Shown here piece after piece: positions 26,210 to 38,845 of a DNA stretch of 64,000 nt. The stretch lies in assembly GCA_934757865.1 (NCBI GenBank), contig CAKVLS010000001.1, positions 88,779-152,778 of the forward strand. The letters run 5' to 3'. The notes under the pieces were generated by a model, which saw only the letters and a program-made list of their open reading frames with translations, did not search any database and was not told the origin of the DNA. The first letter of the stretch is position 1. Each line of letters begins with the position of its first letter. The DNA comes from an uncultured Clostridia bacterium (GTDB taxonomy: Bacteria > Bacillota > Clostridia > Christensenellales > UBA1242). A program made the translations under genes and the position numbers.

Positions 26210-27328
26210 ATGTTAGATAGTAGATTAAAAGTTTTGGCAGAAAAATTGGTGAAATATAGTTGCTCACTTCAAAAAGGCGAAAAGATTTTGATTGAGGCAA
26301 GCAACAGAGTAGACGAAAATTTCTTAGCCGAAATAGTAAAAAATGTTTATAGCGTAGGCGGTATGCCTTTTGTAAAAATTTACTCTGGAGTTGTTGGTAG
26401 AGCTATGGCTATGGGTACAACTAAAGAGCGTGAAGAAGCAAAATGTAAATACGACTACCCACAAATGGAAGATATGGACGCTTATATTAGTATAGGTGTC
26501 GGCAATAGTTTTGAGTATTCAGATGTTCCTAAAGAGCGTCTTGACTATATCAGTAAGTACTACACAGTACCAGTTCATTTTGATAGCAGAGTATGTAGGA
26601 CCAAATGGGTAATACTTCTATTCCCATCACCACTATACGCTCAGCAAGCCAAGATGAGCACTGAGGCGTTTGAAGACTTTTATCTAAAAGTTTGTACGCT
26701 TGATTATGCTAAGATGGATGAGGCTATGGAGCCACTAGCTGAACTTATGCGCAAGACTGACAAAGTTCACATTATTGGCAAAAACACAGACTTAACATTT
26801 TCTATCAAGGGTATAGGCGCCGTAAAATGCTCTGGGAAGTGCAATATACCTGATGGCGAAGTATATTCAGCCCCAGTCAAGAACTCCGTAAACGGCACTA
26901 TTGAATACAATATTCCAGTGCTTTCTAGTAACGGAGTTGAACACAATAATATCAATCTTACTTTCAAAGATGGTAAGATTGTCAAAGCAACTTCTAATAG
27001 CAAAGAGGATATAAACAAAATCTTTGATATAGACGAAGGCGCTAGATATGTTGGCGAGTTTGCGATAGGAGTTAATCCTTTTGTGGATAGACCAATGATG
27101 AATATTTTGTATGATGAAAAGATCAAAGGATCATTCCATTTTACACCAGGCAGTTGCTATGACGACTGTAACAATGGTAATAAGTCTGCAATACATTGGG
27201 ATCTTATTCAAATACAGACAGAAGAGTATGGCGGAGGCGAAATATACTTTGATGATGTATTGATTAGAAAAAATGGCAGGTTTGTTATAGATGAGCTTAT
27301 GGGGCTAAACCCAGAAAACTTAATTTAA
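26210..27328 (+). CDS. Aminopeptidase, M29 (AmpS/PepS, thermophilic metalloprotease) family
   Basis: 372 aa. The overall family pattern is present: LAEKLVKYSCSLQKGEKILIEAS, PDGEVYSAP, GEFAIGVNP, HFTPGS, HWDL. Confidence 0.7.
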   Translation: MLDSRLKVLAEKLVKYSCSLQKGEKILIEASNRVDENFLAEIVKNVYSVGGMPFVKIYSGVVGRAMAMGTTKEREEAKCKYDYPQMEDMDAYISIGVGNSFEYSDVPKERLDYISKYYTVPVHFDSRVCRTKWVILLFPSPLYAQQAKMSTEAFEDFYLKVCTLDYAKMDEAMEPLAELMRKTDKVHIIGKNTDLTFSIKGIGAVKCSGKCNIPDGEVYSAPVKNSVNGTIEYNIPVLSSNGVEHNNINLTFKDGKIVKATSNSKEDINKIFDIDEGARYVGEFAIGVNPFVDRPMMNILYDEKIKGSFHFTPGSCYDDCNNGNKSAIHWDLIQIQTEEYGGGEIYFDDVLIRKNGRFVIDELMGLNPENLI

Positions 27329-27338
27329 TTTTTTATAA

Positions 27339-28370
<1,032 letters not shown>

Positions 28371-28396
28371 TTGTTAATAGCTATATAAATAACAAA

Positions 28397-28424
28397 ATGC
28401 AGGACTTATGTTCTGCATTTTTTA
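28397..28424 (+). terminator. Rho-independent terminator after gap
   Basis: ATGCAGGA-CTTATG-TTCTGCAT hairpin followed by 6 T. Confidence 0.65.
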
Positions 28425-28521
28425 TTTTTTATATATTATTGAAAGACCTTTTTATCTACTATAATATATTATAACTTGACGATAAATGCTTAATTTGCTA
28501 AACTTATATCAGGAAAAAATT

Positions 28522-29217
28522 ATGGCAAAGAAAATAAAAGAATTCAAAAGATGTCCAAGATGCGACACAAAAACAGTTATATATAACGATGTTTGTCCAG
28601 CATGCGGGCTAGTATATTCAAGGCTAATCAACGCCTCTAACAAAGAAGCCAAAAAGGCAATTCGTAAAGGTCAAAAGAATAGAGTAATATGTGATAAGAC
28701 ACTTCCTAGTGATGTTAACAAATGGAAACTATTTTTCTTATCACTATTCTTTGGTATGTTTGGCGTGCCATATTACTATGTGGGTAAGTATAAGACAGGT
28801 GTTGTATTTACCATAAGTACAGCTATGCTACTTATCGCCGGAGCTCTTGGTATGCAGTACGAAAATGTTTGGAGAGATTATTACTTCTGGATGTGGCTTT
28901 TGATACTACCTGCCGGCGGCTGCCTTGTTGCACTAGCTATTGACTGGGTTAAGATTTTGACTAACTCATTTAGAGTACCTATTGCCCTAAAAGAAGACAA
29001 TGTGGTAGCGAGCGTTGAGAGTATCAATAAAGACAACGCAAAAGAAGTTTTGAAGATAGTAGAAGAGGTTAACAAAAAGGTAGAAAAAGAGCACAAAGAT
29101 GACAAAAGTGATGCGCAAGAAACTGCCGAAGAAGTTAAACAAGATGAAATTTTAGCTCAAAAAACTGAAAATACTATGCCAAAAACCAAAAAATCAAAAA
29201 AGAAGGATAAAAAATAA
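28522..29217 (+). CDS. Zinc-ribbon plus TM2-domain membrane protein
   Basis: CPRCDTKT...CPACG zinc ribbon, a TM2-like hydrophobic pair ([28 protein letters not shown]...) and a K/E-rich tail. The start is ambiguous: the track uses 28486, and I prefer ATG 28522 (MAKKIKEF). Confidence 0.6.
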   Translation: MAKKIKEFKRCPRCDTKTVIYNDVCPACGLVYSRLINASNKEAKKAIRKGQKNRVICDKTLPSDVNKWKLFFLSLFFGMFGVPYYYVGKYKTGVVFTISTAMLLIAGALGMQYENVWRDYYFWMWLLILPAGGCLVALAIDWVKILTNSFRVPIALKEDNVVASVESINKDNAKEVLKIVEEVNKKVEKEHKDDKSDAQETAEEVKQDEILAQKTENTMPKTKKSKKKDKK

Positions 29218-30293
29218 TGGAGACTGTAGTTGTAGGTATGAGTGGCGGAGTAGATAGCTCTGTCGCTGCACTACTACTAAAAGAACAAGGATATAATGTA
29301 ATAGGCTTATTTATGCACAACTGGGAAGAGACTGACGATGATGGCGAGTGCACAGCAGCTGACGACTGGGAAGATGTCAAGAGGGTTTGCGACAAGATAG
29401 GTATACCATACTATTCTGTCAACTTTGCAGAGCAGTATCTTGATAGAGTTTTTAGCGAATTTCTTGAAGAGTACAAAAAAGGCAGAACCCCAAACCCAGA
29501 TGTACTATGCAATAGAGAGATTAAGTTTGGGCCATTTTTGGAAAAGGCTCTAATGATAGGCGCTGACCATGTTGCGACTGGACATTATGCCAATGTTAGA
29601 GAAGAAAACGGCTTATACTACCTAGAGAGAGCTAAGGACGAAAACAAGGACCAAACATACTTTCTTAACCAACTAAATCAAGCCCAATTATCTAAGGTAA
29701 TGTTCCCTGTAGGAAATATTGAAAAACCTGTTTTGAGGCAAATAGCCGAAAAAGCGGGGCTTATAACAGCTAAAAAGAAAGATAGTACTGGTGTTTGCTT
29801 CATTGGCGAACGCAAATTTAGAAAATTTTTGCAAAATTATTTACCAGCAAAAACTGGCGAGATTAGAGATGAAAAAGGTAATGTTGTAGGCAAACACGAA
29901 GGTGTTATGTTTTATACTTATGGCCAAAGAAGAGGCCTCCATATCGGCGGTATGCATGGCGGTAACGGCGGTAGATGGTTTGTGTATGACAAAGATGTTA
30001 AGAATAATATTTTGTATGTAAGCCAAGGAGATGAAGGCAGGCTATACAGTAGAGGTCTTGTGAGTTACGATATAAACTGGATTCCAAAAAAGCCCGACCA
30101 AAAGACTTTTACTTGCCTTGCAAGATTTAGACATAGACAGCCACTTCAAGAGGTTACAGTTACCGTAGAAGAGGGCAAAATCACTGTTATGTTCAAAGAC
30201 AAACAAAGAGCAATAACCCCAGGTCAATATGTAGTATTTTATAACGAAAGAGACTGCCTAGGCGGCGGGAAAATAGAAGAAGTTATTTTTTAG
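29217..30293 (+). CDS. mnmA: tRNA 2-thiouridine(34) synthase MnmA
   Basis: PP-loop [12 protein letters not shown], then [14 protein letters not shown] and TGVCFIGER. The ATG overlaps the upstream stop (TAATG). Confidence 0.92.
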   Translation: METVVVGMSGGVDSSVAALLLKEQGYNVIGLFMHNWEETDDDGECTAADDWEDVKRVCDKIGIPYYSVNFAEQYLDRVFSEFLEEYKKGRTPNPDVLCNREIKFGPFLEKALMIGADHVATGHYANVREENGLYYLERAKDENKDQTYFLNQLNQAQLSKVMFPVGNIEKPVLRQIAEKAGLITAKKKDSTGVCFIGERKFRKFLQNYLPAKTGEIRDEKGNVVGKHEGVMFYTYGQRRGLHIGGMHGGNGGRWFVYDKDVKNNILYVSQGDEGRLYSRGLVSYDINWIPKKPDQKTFTCLARFRHRQPLQEVTVTVEEGKITVMFKDKQRAITPGQYVVFYNERDCLGGGKIEEVIF

Positions 30294-30340
30294 AGGTTAC
30301 AAAATAACTTCTTTTTTTATTCTTTGCTAGTCAAAATTGC

Positions 30341-30369
30341 TTGATATATTTATTACTTTTTTTTATAAT
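30341..30369 (+). promoter_or_regulatory. Sigma-70-type promoter of surface-protein gene 1
   Basis: TTGATA (30341-30346), 17 nt spacer, TATAAT (30364-30369). The block ATTGCTTGATA...TTTTxTATAATAAA recurs upstream of the paralogue at 34303-34331. Confidence 0.55.
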
Positions 30370-30393
30370 AAAAATATATAAAAGGGAAAGATT

Positions 30394-33300
30394 ATGAAAA
30401 AGACACTTTTCTCTGTTATGCTTGCCTTGCTTGCTATGTTTTCGCTTTTTGTCCCAAAGACGCAAGCCTATGCAGATAACATTTATACAGTGACATTTTA
30501 TGATACAAGTGATGCAGTTATTAACTCAGAAACTGTAAATGAAAATGGACTTGTTACTAAGCCTAGCGAAACAGCAGCTGAAGGGTATATAACTCTATGG
30601 TACACAACTAGCGAGAGAAGTGATATTTACAATTTCTCTACTCCCGTTACAAGTAATGTTGACCTATATGCAAAAGTTGTAGAGGCTAGCACTGTTACAT
30701 ACTATAAGAGAGCTGCTAGTTATACTGATGGCAATATTGCTGATGAGTACGAGGTATTAAGCAGTGTAAGAGTAGTAAAAGGTAGTTTGATTAGTCTAAT
30801 TGATGCTGAGACTTTGACAGGTTACACATTTAGCCACTGGTCACTTGATTTTAACGGCGAGGCTTTTGATAACTATAACACTAAGGTAAACAGTGATATC
30901 AACCTATACCCAGTTTATAATATCCAAACTTTTAGCGTAGACTTTTATTCTGACGGAGTAATTAGCGAAACAAAAACAGTTAATTATAACGGACTTGTTA
31001 CACCTCCAACAGTAAGCAAACAATATTGCGAGTTTGTCGGCTGGAAAGTTTTTGGCGGAGATGATAGCGACCTAATAGATTTTAGTACATACACAATTAC
31101 TGCTGATACAAGATTTGAGGCTGTATATAGAGTAGTACAGGCTACTATTACTGTTAATGCTTCTTCTTACTTTACTTTGAGAGAGTCTGTTCCTTCTGTA
31201 GTTAATTGCGGAAGTTTGGTTCTTATCAAAATAAGACTTAACGCAAACTATGCAGAACATACACTTGTAAGCGATGACCTATACATAGAGGGTACATATA
31301 CAAGTGCTAACATAATAGCTGATGAGACAGCTGGCGATTATACTGTAGTAATTGACGGTATTGGTAGTAATATTACATTTAGCCTAAACTCTTTACCACT
31401 TAATGAGTATAAAGTAACTTTACCACAAGTAGAAGGTCTAGATATAGTTGTTACTACTCCAAGCAGCGATTATACTTTGGACGGCGGAGTATACACTCTA
31501 AAAATCAACAAAAAATTCACATTTACAGCTGAGGTAAAAGACGGATATTTTGCAAAAAATATTGAGTTTACAGGTTGCACATATAGTAGCGGAACATTTA
31601 GCGTTACAAACACTCAATCAATAGACATTACTTCTAATTGCGATGTTGTTAAATATTACACATTGACTTTTAGTGGCAATGCTAACGCTACAGTTAATGT
31701 TACCGAAAATTATTTGCAAAAACTAAATAGTACATATAAGTTTGAAGAAAATGCAACAGCAACTTTCACAATCGCTCCTAACGAAAATTATTTCTTAAGA
31801 GGTGTTACAGGAGCAAGTAATGTATCAGGAACTTATAGCGTACAACTAGACCAAGACAGAGCAGTAGCTCTTAACCTAATTGAGTATAGAACTTTGACAA
31901 TTCCAGTAACAGCTGGTATCGAAAATGTAACAGTTTCTAACATACTAGAAAAAGTTGGAAACGATTACAAAATAGAGCTTGGTCAAACAGTAGTTGTTAC
32001 ATACAGCTTGTCTGAGACATATAGCAATAGCAATGTTACAGTTACAGCTGCAGACCTAGATATTACTTCTAGCAAAAATACTTTTACAATAACTAACTTT
32101 AATAAGAGCGCAACTATAGTTTATAATGGACTAGAAAAAAACTCTTATACTGTTAATGCTATAAGCAATGACATGGCAACTCTTACAGCAAATGCAAGCG
32201 TTACACATGGCGAGAGTATAGTTATTAGCTATTCTCTAAAAGATGCATATAATAAGAGCTCTCTAACTATAGACAACTTAGTTATAGACGGCACATATTA
32301 TGATGTTAATATCACAAGCAGCGCAATCACCATCTCTATGGTTACTAGCGAACTTTCTATTAGAGTAACAGGACTTGAACTTAATACATATACAATTACT
32401 TTGACTACTAACGAGTTTGGTAGCTTTGAGACAGAGAGCTTGACATTTAGCTATGACGCTGATATTGATTTGACTCCTGCATTTACCGAGAAGTACACAA
32501 GATACAATCTAACTAATGCAAATATTTTAGTTACAGGTACTCACGACAGCGTAGCCGTTGTTAACAATGTAGTTACTATATATGGTGCTACTAGTGATAT
32601 ATCTGTCGAGCTAAAAGATATTACGCTTAACAGATATTTTGTAAAAGTCCCTACAGTTATAGCAGGACAATTTACTTTGAGCACAAGCTCAACTTATGTT
32701 GATTATGGCTCAAATTTTGAATTCAAACTAACTTTGGGTGTTGGTTATACCCAAAATCTAGATACCCTAAAAGTACAAGCCAATAGCCGTACAATAGAAC
32801 CAAAGAGCGTTTCTAATTATGAGTTTACATTTGGCGTTGAAAATATTGTAGACGATGTATACTTTACAGTTTCTGAACTTACTATTAACTCATATAGTGT
32901 TGACTTTATAGACACATCAGTTGAACCAAACCCAACTGTTTCTATCAACCGTGTTGACTATGGAGATACTATTGATATCATCAGCGGCAACAAAGACGGT
33001 TATGACTTTGAGGGTTGGTATGTAGATAGTGTATTTAGTGATTTGTTTAATTTTAATGAACCTATCACAAAAGATACAAAGATTTATGGTAAATACACAA
33101 TCAAAATGTATGATATCACCTTTGTAGCTGACGGAATAGTAATAGATGTTATCACCGCAAGATACGGCGAGCATCCAGTAGATATCGCTCCTAGCATTCC
33201 TGTTAAGACAGGTTATGACAGAACTCCAGCATATTGGGATTATGCAGCAGCTGGTCTTGGTGATACAATAGATAGAGTAGCAACAGTCAATGCTGTATAT

Positions 33301-34218
33301 ACTATCAATAAGTATACAGTTAAGTTCGTCAACCAATTTGGCAAACTTCTAAAAACTGAAGAGGTAGCTTATGGCCAAGATGCAGTAGCTCCAACAGAGC
33401 TTGATGTTCAAGGTTATGACTTTGATACATGGGACAATGTATTTACCAATGTTCAAGATGACCTTGTTATAACAGCTCTATACAACATCAAAAATTACAC
33501 AGTAACTTTCAAAAACGGCAACAATGGGAATGTTGTATACACAAAAGAAGTAACTTATGACGAAACTGTTCAAAGACCAGACGATAGCAGTGTTGTAACT
33601 GTTGGTTATTCAGTTTATGGCTGGTATACAGATGAAGAAATGACTGAGGTTTATGACTTTAATAGCAGTATCAAAGGCGATTTGACATTGTACGGAGATA
33701 TTGATGTTACAATACTAACTTTGAGATTTATAGCTGATGGAGTAGTTGTAAAAGAAGCAAAAGTAGCTTATGGCAGCAACTACACAGAGGTTCTTCCTGA
33801 GATACCAGAAAAGACTGGTTATAATGTAATCGGTTGGAGCCAAACATCTCTTGAAGGCATTACAAACGACCTTGACATACTTGCTACTTATGAGACTAAG
33901 ACTTATGTTGTAAGATTTGTTTATTCAGATGGTACAACAGAAGAAATAATCGTAAAACATGGAACTACTATAGTAGAGCTTCCTTCAAAGGGTCAAGGCT
34001 TTGGCAAAAAGGCATATGCGGATATGAGCAAGCTTAAAAATATTGATTCTGATAGAACAATCAATGTTACTGTTAAGGATTATAATATTTTGATATTTGT
34101 TGCTTGTGGCGTGTTAGCTGTAGGACTTATTGTCCTTGTGATTGTACTTTCTGTTAGAGTAAAAGTTAATGGAACAATCATCAAAGAAAACAAAGAAAAG
34201 ACAAAAGAGCAAAAATAA
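30394..34218 (+). CDS. Giant surface protein with Listeria-Bacteroides (InlB B-type, flg_new) repeats and a C-terminal TM anchor
   Basis: 1274 aa. Signal peptide ends ...TQAYA/DN. The N- and C-terminal regions carry repeats of the type YTVTF.....V.....V..G..V..P....GY.F.GWY.D......F...I..D..LYAKY. The central part has ~80-aa modules ending L.LN.YTV/I. The C-terminus has a TM helix (ILIFVACGVLAVGLIVLVIVLSV) and a basic tail. There is no LPXTG. Confidence 0.85.
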   Translation: MKKTLFSVMLALLAMFSLFVPKTQAYADNIYTVTFYDTSDAVINSETVNENGLVTKPSETAAEGYITLWYTTSERSDIYNFSTPVTSNVDLYAKVVEASTVTYYKRAASYTDGNIADEYEVLSSVRVVKGSLISLIDAETLTGYTFSHWSLDFNGEAFDNYNTKVNSDINLYPVYNIQTFSVDFYSDGVISETKTVNYNGLVTPPTVSKQYCEFVGWKVFGGDDSDLIDFSTYTITADTRFEAVYRVVQATITVNASSYFTLRESVPSVVNCGSLVLIKIRLNANYAEHTLVSDDLYIEGTYTSANIIADETAGDYTVVIDGIGSNITFSLNSLPLNEYKVTLPQVEGLDIVVTTPSSDYTLDGGVYTLKINKKFTFTAEVKDGYFAKNIEFTGCTYSSGTFSVTNTQSIDITSNCDVVKYYTLTFSGNANATVNVTENYLQKLNSTYKFEENATATFTIAPNENYFLRGVTGASNVSGTYSVQLDQDRAVALNLIEYRTLTIPVTAGIENVTVSNILEKVGNDYKIELGQTVVVTYSLSETYSNSNVTVTAADLDITSSKNTFTITNFNKSATIVYNGLEKNSYTVNAISNDMATLTANASVTHGESIVISYSLKDAYNKSSLTIDNLVIDGTYYDVNITSSAITISMVTSELSIRVTGLELNTYTITLTTNEFGSFETESLTFSYDADIDLTPAFTEKYTRYNLTNANILVTGTHDSVAVVNNVVTIYGATSDISVELKDITLNRYFVKVPTVIAGQFTLSTSSTYVDYGSNFEFKLTLGVGYTQNLDTLKVQANSRTIEPKSVSNYEFTFGVENIVDDVYFTVSELTINSYSVDFIDTSVEPNPTVSINRVDYGDTIDIISGNKDGYDFEGWYVDSVFSDLFNFNEPITKDTKIYGKYTIKMYDITFVADGIVIDVITARYGEHPVDIAPSIPVKTGYDRTPAYWDYAAAGLGDTIDRVATVNAVYTINKYTVKFVNQFGKLLKTEEVAYGQDAVAPTELDVQGYDFDTWDNVFTNVQDDLVITALYNIKNYTVTFKNGNNGNVVYTKEVTYDETVQRPDDSSVVTVGYSVYGWYTDEEMTEVYDFNSSIKGDLTLYGDIDVTILTLRFIADGVVVKEAKVAYGSNYTEVLPEIPEKTGYNVIGWSQTSLEGITNDLDILATYETKTYVVRFVYSDGTTEEIIVKHGTTIVELPSKGQGFGKKAYADMSKLKNIDSDRTINVTVKDYNILIFVACGVLAVGLIVLVIVLSVRVKVNGTIIKENKEKTKEQK

Positions 34219-34302
34219 TAATATGCTAATGAAAAGTAAACCAAAAAATAAAAATTTTTGGTTTGCTTTTTTTAATATTTTGCGTTTAGTGGGCTAAATT
34301 GC

Positions 34303-34331
34303 TTGATAAATTTTTGCCTTTTTTCTATAAT
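34303..34331 (+). promoter_or_regulatory. Sigma-70-type promoter of surface-protein gene 2
   Basis: TTGATA (34303-34308), 17 nt spacer, TATAAT (34326-34331). It is similar in sequence to 30341-30369. Confidence 0.55.
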
Positions 34332-34385
34332 AAAGTATAGATTTATAATTGCTCGTAATGTAGGCTAAAACAAAAAGGAAAAAGT

Positions 34386-37300
34386 ATGAAAAAACTTAAT
34401 ATATTTAAGAAGATTTTTGTAATAGCAATACTTATTTTGAGTTTGGGACTTTTTGGCTCAGGCATTCTTTTTGGCGGTTTTTCTTATGCGGATACAACCC
34501 CAAGTGATACCTCAAAAGCTACATATACAGTAGTCTTTAAGATTAAGAATACAGTTTATAAGACCTATAAACTAAACGCTGGGCAAAAGATAACCAAACC
34601 TACTGATGAAGATATCAAAGATATGGATTGGAAGGCGCAAGATTCTAATACAAATTTTGACTTTAATGCAACTACAATGCCATCTCAAAAATTAACTCTT
34701 AACTTAGTTATGGGTAACGATGAGTTCCCAGTTATCTTTTATCAAAAGAACCCTAACTATGATTCTACTAAACCTTCTTCTGATGAGTACTATGCAGAAT
34801 ATATGGGACTAGATGTTAAAGTAGTTAGTCAAGGTGCAACTGTTGCAGAGTATGACAGAAGTTTAGTAACTGTCGAAGAGGGTATGGAATGCACCGGCTG
34901 GACAGATGTAAAAGACGGACTTACTGCATACAACTTTGATACACCTATATCAACACTAGTTGTTTTGTATCCTATATTCCAAAAGAAAACATACACTTTG
35001 ACATTCGTTCAATACGATGGCACCGAGGACAAAGTTTCTGTAAGACATGGCGAGCTTATTTCTAGCGTTCCAGCAGCAAAAGATCAAGCTGGTATGGCAT
35101 TTACCCACTGGTATAGAGCAGGAGATCCAACTAAGACTCAAGTTAACTTCACAACAGAGAGATTTACAAGTAGCGAGACTTTTAATGCTAACTATTCTGA
35201 GAATATGTATGATATAGAGTTCCCAGCAAATCCTTATGGTGTAATTACTGGAGACCCAAAAGCTGAGCGTGGAAAATCATATACTTGCACTATAACACTT
35301 GATAGCTTATACAACCAAACAACTCTTACTCGTGCTCAAGTTCAAGCTTCTCCAACTAACTATGCATCTATGGATATAAAAGCGACCGCTGCAAGAGGCG
35401 TATTTACTTGTACATTCTACCAAGTATCTGGACCTTTCTCAGTATCACTTATTGGACTTAGCAAGAATAAATATAATGTAAACTTCACCTTTGACAACGC
35501 AGCAGGTATAAGCGTTATACCTAAGCCAAGAACAGAAGGCGACTATACTCAAAACGGAGACAGATATACTGTAGAGTATGAAAAATCTTTCTACTTCACA
35601 CTAGAACTAGATGCTAGATATGAGTCTGCTTATGATAACCTAAACGGCAATATTGGTATAAGCAGTGATGACAATACAGGCTTTTTTGGGGATACTAACG
35701 GAGCATATGTATCATGGTCTAACCAATACAACTGCTATGTTGTTAAGGCCAATACTAGAGATAGTGATATTAGCCTTAATGTTCCAACAGTAGAGTGTAT
35801 CACAGCTACAATTACTGGCGTTGAATATCTAGATTTTAATGTTGGTGATGCAAGCTTTGATTCTGATGCTTTGGTTAGATGGGATGATACAGGTTCTAGC
35901 TATGTAGCAAGAATCAAAAAAGGTCAAAGATTCCGTTTTACGGCCAAAGTTCCAGACAATGACAAAGATAGATATTATCTAGCAGGTTTTTCTGGTGACG
36001 GAATTTCACAAAATATCAATGTAACTAATGGTTTTATAATCAATTCAACAAAAGATACTGAGATAAACTTCGATGTTATTGAGACTGTATTCGTTACAGT
36101 TCCTGCAACTATTACAGGTGCACAGCTAGCTTTCACTACCGATGTAGCGGAGAGTGGTCAATACAATCAAGTAACTGGTACTTGGAAATACAAAGCTAAG
36201 AAAAACGGCGAATTTGCTATCACATTCACATTTACAACAGAGTATTCGGACGCTGTACCTACTGTATCAGTTGGCGGAGCTATGAGTGCGACAGTTGATA
36301 TGACTGATTTTGCTACAAGCAAAACAATAAAAATTGTCAACATAGATAGTGAGAGCACTATAACTATAGAGCCACTAGAAAAGAACAAATATACAATCAA
36401 TTATGTAAGCAATGACATGGCAACTATTACTCCATACGATGGATATACTAATGTTGCTTTGTACGGCGATGAGCTAAAAGCAAAAATCGTAAAGAAAGAT
36501 GCTTATTCTAATGCAGTTCTTGCAGATGCTAATATTACTTTTACTTCAAAGAAATATAGTACATTTGAGATAGAGTATGTAGACGGCGAAGAAGAGCAAT
36601 ATTATATTCTTACTATTAAGACTATCGTTGGAGCTTTTACAGTAAGTATTGATGAGCTAACTAAGAACTCATACCTTATCCAACTAATAGGCAATGAGTT
36701 TGCCGAACTTACAACTACTAATGACCATGCACAATATGATGGTAGGTTTGTATGCAGTTATACTCTTGGAGCAGCTTACTCTAAGGCAAGCGTATCTCAA
36801 GAAAATATATCTGTTAAGAATAAAAATAATGCAACACCAACAGTAACAATTACTGTTAACACTACCCAAAAGACAATCACTATTGAAGGTATCATGAGTG
36901 AGCTTGAGGTAAGTATTCAAAACCTTGCAAAAAATACCTACACAGTAGCCGCTGGTACTTTTAGAGGGGCAGAGGGTTACACAAGTAGCAAGAATGCTAA
37001 CGAAAATGTAGCACATGGTTCAAGTTTTGTATTTGATATAACTTTTGATGATAACTATAACCAAAATATTGCTAAATTTATGAGTGGTGAGTTAAGCCTT
37101 ACATATTCTACTAATAGTGGTGACTATGTAGACCTTGCTCCATCTAGTCAAAATGGTAATACTTTAAGATACGAAATTTATAACATTTCTGGTAATATCA
37201 GTTTTGTTATGGGTGATATCTCTGTTAACAAATATACAGTTATATTCTATGACACTGACCCAGTAAAAGAAATTTATAGATACAATGCAGTAGTTCATGG

Positions 37301-38837
37301 CAGAACAATTACAGAGCCTACTAGACCGGTAAAAGAGGGCTATGTATTTACTGGTTGGTACTTTGATGAACAAGGTACAACACAATTTACAAGCTTTTCA
37401 GCTGGTATTGGACAAGACTTGACATTGTATGCTAGATACAATTCTCAAACATTTACAGTAACTTTTGTAGATTATAGTGCAAGAACAGGCAAGATTGATA
37501 ACGAAACAGTTAAAACTGTAAGCTATGGCAAACCTGTAATTATCAACACTCCATCTGCAAAACCAGGTTATAGCAAGAGCTGGTGGGTAATACCAGAAGG
37601 TGCAAACCTAAACTCTGTTAAACAAGATTATAGAATAATAGCAGAGTATGAGATAGATAAATACACTGTAACATTCTTTAATGATAAGATTATACACGAA
37701 AAACAAACTGTTGAGTACAACTCAAAAGCAACAACTCCAACCGAAAATCCTCGTAAACAAGGTTATACATTTGTTCGTTGGAATTTCGACTTTGTAAGCA
37801 CACCAATCACAGCTGATACTAATATCTATGCTGAGTATAAGATTAACACTTACACTGTAAGATTTGTTAACGCTACTCAAGGCAATGGTTTACTTGCTTC
37901 ATTCCCACTAGAGTATGAGTCAAAAGTTAATACTCCAGAAGAAGCAGTAAATGACAACGGCGATATTATTAGAGGTAAATATGTCTTCACTTATGGTGAC
38001 GAAAAGACAATAGAGCATCAACTATCTGATGGTTATGTACTAGAGGGTTGGTATGCAGATGCAGGACTTTCTGTAAGATATAACTTTGATAATCCTATCA
38101 AAGGCGACACTACCATTTATGGTAATATGTATATCTCAAAGGTAAGTATCAAGTTTAATGTTGATGGCGTCATGTATATCGAGAAACAAGTTGATTACAA
38201 CAATTCTTTGATTGCAGAAAATATTCCATCTATCCCTCGTAAAGAAGGATATACTCAAAAAACTCCTATTTGGACTATAAGAGATCTATCTGACGAAGAT
38301 GTAAACTCTTATGATGAGACTAAGATTGCTGAGCTTCAAACTGAGTTTACAAACAGCATGAACACTCTAACTAATGATATAAAAATCTATGCCCTATACA
38401 GAATTAACACTTATAGAGTAACTTTCAAACTACCAGACGGAACAACTCTAGTAAGAGAAGTTTACCATGGTGGTACTGTAACTAATGTTCCTATACCAGA
38501 TACAAGCTTTGGTGAAGTAGTGGTAATGGATAGCAACCTATATCGTTATGTTACAGCAGATACAATAGTTTATATCACTATTATTGACTTCTTACCATTT
38601 ATGATGGTAGCAGGAGCTTCATGCGTACTTGCTTTTGTAGTAATTTCACTTGCAATAGCTATCAAGAATATGAGAAGAGGTATTCGTAACATTAAGAATA
38701 TGGAAAACCTATTCAAAGCTATCAAACAACAAGATGCAAGACTAACTAGCATGAACGAAGAAAAATTAAGAGCTCAAGTAGCTGAGCAAATGAAAGAAAA
38801 GGAAAAGTATAAGAGAAATAACTTCCTTGATAATTAA
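34386..38837 (+). CDS. Giant surface protein, paralogue of 30394-34218 (InlB B-type repeats, C-terminal TM anchor)
   Basis: 1483 aa. Signal peptide ends ...FSYA/DT. The architecture matches the upstream gene: flanking YTVxF...GYxFxGWY...LYAxY repeats and central modules ending KNKYNV/KNKYTI/KNSYLI/KNTYTV. A C-terminal TM helix and a charged tail are present. There is no LPXTG. Confidence 0.85.
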   Translation: MKKLNIFKKIFVIAILILSLGLFGSGILFGGFSYADTTPSDTSKATYTVVFKIKNTVYKTYKLNAGQKITKPTDEDIKDMDWKAQDSNTNFDFNATTMPSQKLTLNLVMGNDEFPVIFYQKNPNYDSTKPSSDEYYAEYMGLDVKVVSQGATVAEYDRSLVTVEEGMECTGWTDVKDGLTAYNFDTPISTLVVLYPIFQKKTYTLTFVQYDGTEDKVSVRHGELISSVPAAKDQAGMAFTHWYRAGDPTKTQVNFTTERFTSSETFNANYSENMYDIEFPANPYGVITGDPKAERGKSYTCTITLDSLYNQTTLTRAQVQASPTNYASMDIKATAARGVFTCTFYQVSGPFSVSLIGLSKNKYNVNFTFDNAAGISVIPKPRTEGDYTQNGDRYTVEYEKSFYFTLELDARYESAYDNLNGNIGISSDDNTGFFGDTNGAYVSWSNQYNCYVVKANTRDSDISLNVPTVECITATITGVEYLDFNVGDASFDSDALVRWDDTGSSYVARIKKGQRFRFTAKVPDNDKDRYYLAGFSGDGISQNINVTNGFIINSTKDTEINFDVIETVFVTVPATITGAQLAFTTDVAESGQYNQVTGTWKYKAKKNGEFAITFTFTTEYSDAVPTVSVGGAMSATVDMTDFATSKTIKIVNIDSESTITIEPLEKNKYTINYVSNDMATITPYDGYTNVALYGDELKAKIVKKDAYSNAVLADANITFTSKKYSTFEIEYVDGEEEQYYILTIKTIVGAFTVSIDELTKNSYLIQLIGNEFAELTTTNDHAQYDGRFVCSYTLGAAYSKASVSQENISVKNKNNATPTVTITVNTTQKTITIEGIMSELEVSIQNLAKNTYTVAAGTFRGAEGYTSSKNANENVAHGSSFVFDITFDDNYNQNIAKFMSGELSLTYSTNSGDYVDLAPSSQNGNTLRYEIYNISGNISFVMGDISVNKYTVIFYDTDPVKEIYRYNAVVHGRTITEPTRPVKEGYVFTGWYFDEQGTTQFTSFSAGIGQDLTLYARYNSQTFTVTFVDYSARTGKIDNETVKTVSYGKPVIINTPSAKPGYSKSWWVIPEGANLNSVKQDYRIIAEYEIDKYTVTFFNDKIIHEKQTVEYNSKATTPTENPRKQGYTFVRWNFDFVSTPITADTNIYAEYKINTYTVRFVNATQGNGLLASFPLEYESKVNTPEEAVNDNGDIIRGKYVFTYGDEKTIEHQLSDGYVLEGWYADAGLSVRYNFDNPIKGDTTIYGNMYISKVSIKFNVDGVMYIEKQVDYNNSLIAENIPSIPRKEGYTQKTPIWTIRDLSDEDVNSYDETKIAELQTEFTNSMNTLTNDIKIYALYRINTYRVTFKLPDGTTLVREVYHGGTVTNVPIPDTSFGEVVVMDSNLYRYVTADTIVYITIIDFLPFMMVAGASCVLAFVVISLAIAIKNMRRGIRNIKNMENLFKAIKQQDARLTSMNEEKLRAQVAEQMKEKEKYKRNNFLDN

Positions 38838-38845
38838 AGCAAAAG